32,000 bases of DNA, taken from contig NC_000964.3 in the NCBI RefSeq assembly GCF_000009045.1, positions 1,440,001 to 1,472,000 of the forward strand, given 5' to 3'. Shown piece by piece: positions 30,026 to 32,000 of the stretch; position 1 is the first letter of the stretch; every line of letters begins with the position of its first letter. Origin of the DNA: Bacillus subtilis subsp. subtilis str. 168. GTDB taxonomy: Bacteria > Bacillota > Bacilli > Bacillales > Bacillaceae. The translations under genes were made by a program, and so were the position numbers. The notes below the pieces were generated by a model, which saw only the letters and a program-made list of their open reading frames with translations, searched no databases and was not told the DNA's origin.

Positions 30026-31846
30026 GTGGAACAGGATACGCAGCATGTTAAACCACTTCAAACAAAAACCGATATTCATGCAGTCTTGGCCTCTAATGGA
30101 CGCATCATTTATATATCTGCCAACTCCAAACTGCATTTGGGCTATCTCCAAGGAGAGATGATCGGATCATTCCTCAAAACGTTTCTGCATGAGGAAGACC
30201 AATTTTTGGTTGAAAGCTATTTTTATAATGAACATCATCTGATGCCGTGCACCTTTCGTTTTATTAAAAAAGATCATACGATTGTGTGGGTGGAGGCTGC
30301 GGTAGAAATTGTTACGACAAGAGCTGAGCGGACAGAACGGGAAATCATTTTGAAAATGAAGGTTCTTGAAGAAGAAACAGGCCATCAATCCCTAAACTGC
30401 GAAAAACATGAAATCGAACCTGCAAGCCCGGAATCGACTACATATATAACGGATGATTATGAACGGTTGGTTGAAAATCTCCCGAGTCCGCTATGCATCA
30501 GTGTCAAAGGCAAGATCGTCTATGTAAACAGCGCGATGCTTTCAATGCTGGGAGCCAAAAGCAAGGATGCTATTATTGGTAAATCGTCCTATGAATTTAT
30601 TGAAGAAGAATATCATGATATCGTGAAAAACAGGATTATACGAATGCAAAAAGGAATGGAAGTCGGAATGATTGAACAGACGTGGAAAAGGCTTGATGGC
30701 ACACCTGTTCATTTAGAAGTGAAAGCATCCCCGACCGTCTACAAAAACCAGCAGGCTGAGCTGCTGCTGCTGATCGATATCTCTTCAAGGAAAAAATTCC
30801 AAACCATCCTGCAAAAAAGCCGTGAACGATATCAGCTGCTGATTCAAAATTCCATTGATACCATTGCGGTGATTCACAATGGAAAATGGGTATTTATGAA
30901 TGAATCGGGAATTTCCCTGTTTGAAGCGGCTACATATGAGGATTTAATTGGCAAAAACATATACGATCAGCTGCATCCTTGCGATCACGAGGATGTAAAA
31001 GAGAGAATCCAAAACATTGCCGAGCAAAAAACAGAATCTGAAATTGTCAAGCAATCCTGGTTCACCTTTCAGAACAGGGTCATCTATACGGAGATGGTCT
31101 GCATTCCGACGACCTTTTTTGGTGAAGCGGCCGTCCAGGTCATTCTTCGGGACATCTCAGAGAGAAAACAAACAGAAGAATTGATGCTGAAATCGGAAAA
31201 ATTATCAATCGCAGGGCAGCTCGCGGCGGGAATCGCCCATGAGATCCGCAACCCTCTTACAGCGATCAAAGGATTTTTACAGCTGATGAAACCGACAATG
31301 GAAGGCAACGAACATTACTTTGATATTGTGTTTTCTGAACTCAGCCGTATCGAATTAATACTCAGTGAACTGCTCATGCTGGCGAAACCTCAGCAAAATG
31401 CTGTCAAAGAATATTTGAACTTGAAAAAATTAATTGGTGAGGTTTCAGCCCTGTTAGAAACGCAGGCGAATTTAAATGGCATTTTTATCAGAACAAGTTA
31501 TGAAAAAGACAGCATTTATATAAACGGGGATCAAAACCAATTAAAGCAGGTATTCATTAATTTAATCAAAAATGCAGTTGAATCAATGCCTGATGGGGGA
31601 ACAGTAGACATTATCATAACCGAAGATGAGCATTCTGTTCATGTTACTGTCAAAGACGAAGGGGAAGGTATACCTGAAAAGGTACTAAACCGGATTGGAG
31701 AGCCATTTTTAACAACAAAAGAAAAAGGTACGGGGCTTGGATTAATGGTGACATTTAATATCATTGAAAACCATCAGGGAGTTATACATGTGGACAGCCA
31801 TCCTGAAAAAGGCACAGCGTTTAAAATTTCATTTCCAAAAAAATAA
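30026..31846 (+). CDS. kinA: Sporulation sensor histidine kinase KinA
   Basis: 606 aa from GTG after AAAGGAGGG; PAS domains, AAGIAHEIRNPLTAIKGFLQLM H-box, N-box and G-box. Confidence 0.97.
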   Translation: MEQDTQHVKPLQTKTDIHAVLASNGRIIYISANSKLHLGYLQGEMIGSFLKTFLHEEDQFLVESYFYNEHHLMPCTFRFIKKDHTIVWVEAAVEIVTTRAERTEREIILKMKVLEEETGHQSLNCEKHEIEPASPESTTYITDDYERLVENLPSPLCISVKGKIVYVNSAMLSMLGAKSKDAIIGKSSYEFIEEEYHDIVKNRIIRMQKGMEVGMIEQTWKRLDGTPVHLEVKASPTVYKNQQAELLLLIDISSRKKFQTILQKSRERYQLLIQNSIDTIAVIHNGKWVFMNESGISLFEAATYEDLIGKNIYDQLHPCDHEDVKERIQNIAEQKTESEIVKQSWFTFQNRVIYTEMVCIPTTFFGEAAVQVILRDISERKQTEELMLKSEKLSIAGQLAAGIAHEIRNPLTAIKGFLQLMKPTMEGNEHYFDIVFSELSRIELILSELLMLAKPQQNAVKEYLNLKKLIGEVSALLETQANLNGIFIRTSYEKDSIYINGDQNQLKQVFINLIKNAVESMPDGGTVDIIITEDEHSVHVTVKDEGEGIPEKVLNRIGEPFLTTKEKGTGLGLMVTFNIIENHQGVIHVDSHPEKGTAFKISFPKK

Positions 31847-31872
31847 AAACAACGGCTTAAACGCCGTTGTTT
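31847..31872. terminator. Bidirectional terminator between kinA and patA (AAACAACGGC ttaaac GCCGTTGTTT)
   Basis: 10-bp perfect stem with flanking A/T. Confidence 0.8.
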
Positions 31873-32000
31873 ATCGTCTGCATTGCTTCACGTTTTTTTA
31901 ATACAAATAATTCTAAACGGTCTAGGCCTTCTCTCAGCGTGTCCATTGAGCATGCAAAAGACAGCCTTACATATCCTTCACCATATGTTGAGAACGAGCT
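31857..32000 (-). CDS. patA: Aminotransferase C-terminus (PatA; ..SSFSTYGEGYVRLSFACSMDTLREGLDRLELFVLKKREAMQTINNGV*), truncated by window
   Basis: Open minus frame from window edge to TAA at 31857-31859; class I aminotransferase C-terminal pattern; conserved location next to kinA. Confidence 0.8.
   Translation of the reverse strand, partial: SSFSTYGEGYVRLSFACSMDTLREGLDRLELFVLKKREAMQTINNGV

Noticed and set aside
1-32000. Search for a new defence, mobile-element, CRISPR, toxin-antitoxin or biosynthetic system across the window
   Set aside because: The whole window is explained by core-chromosome genes in expected synteny; no integrase, transposase, spacer-repeat array, NRPS/PKS or effector-immunity pair was seen.

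Overview
This window is a gene-dense, syntenic Bacillus subtilis-type chromosomal segment. The order is queC(3' end)-queD-queE-queF, ykvN | ykvO, ykvP, a LysM ORF, ykvQ, ykvR | ykvS, a small ORF, ykvT, ykvU, stoA, zosA, a small membrane ORF, papQ (ykvY), ykvZ, glcT, ptsG, ptsH, ptsI, splA, splB | ykwB, mcpC, ykwC | ykwD, pbpH, kinA | patA (3' end). Product names come from recognising the proteins and the gene order; no database was queried. I see no tRNA or rRNA, CRISPR array, phage or transposon module, or convincing new defence or biosynthetic system. The points most worth a second look are small. (i) A perfect 7-1-7 Fur-type palindrome lies just upstream of a near-perfect Per box in front of zosA, with a terminator-like hairpin in the predicted leader. 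(ii) A glycosyltransferase-LysM / LysM / GH18 cluster appears to be decaying, with a frameshift in the GH18 gene. (iii) Seven TGTGAC/GTCACA hexamers cluster downstream of queF, including one perfect 15-bp palindrome. (iv) Coding-like remnants are squeezed between ykvN and its apparent terminator. (v) One tiny membrane-peptide ORF with a ribosome-binding site is absent from the supplied ORF track.
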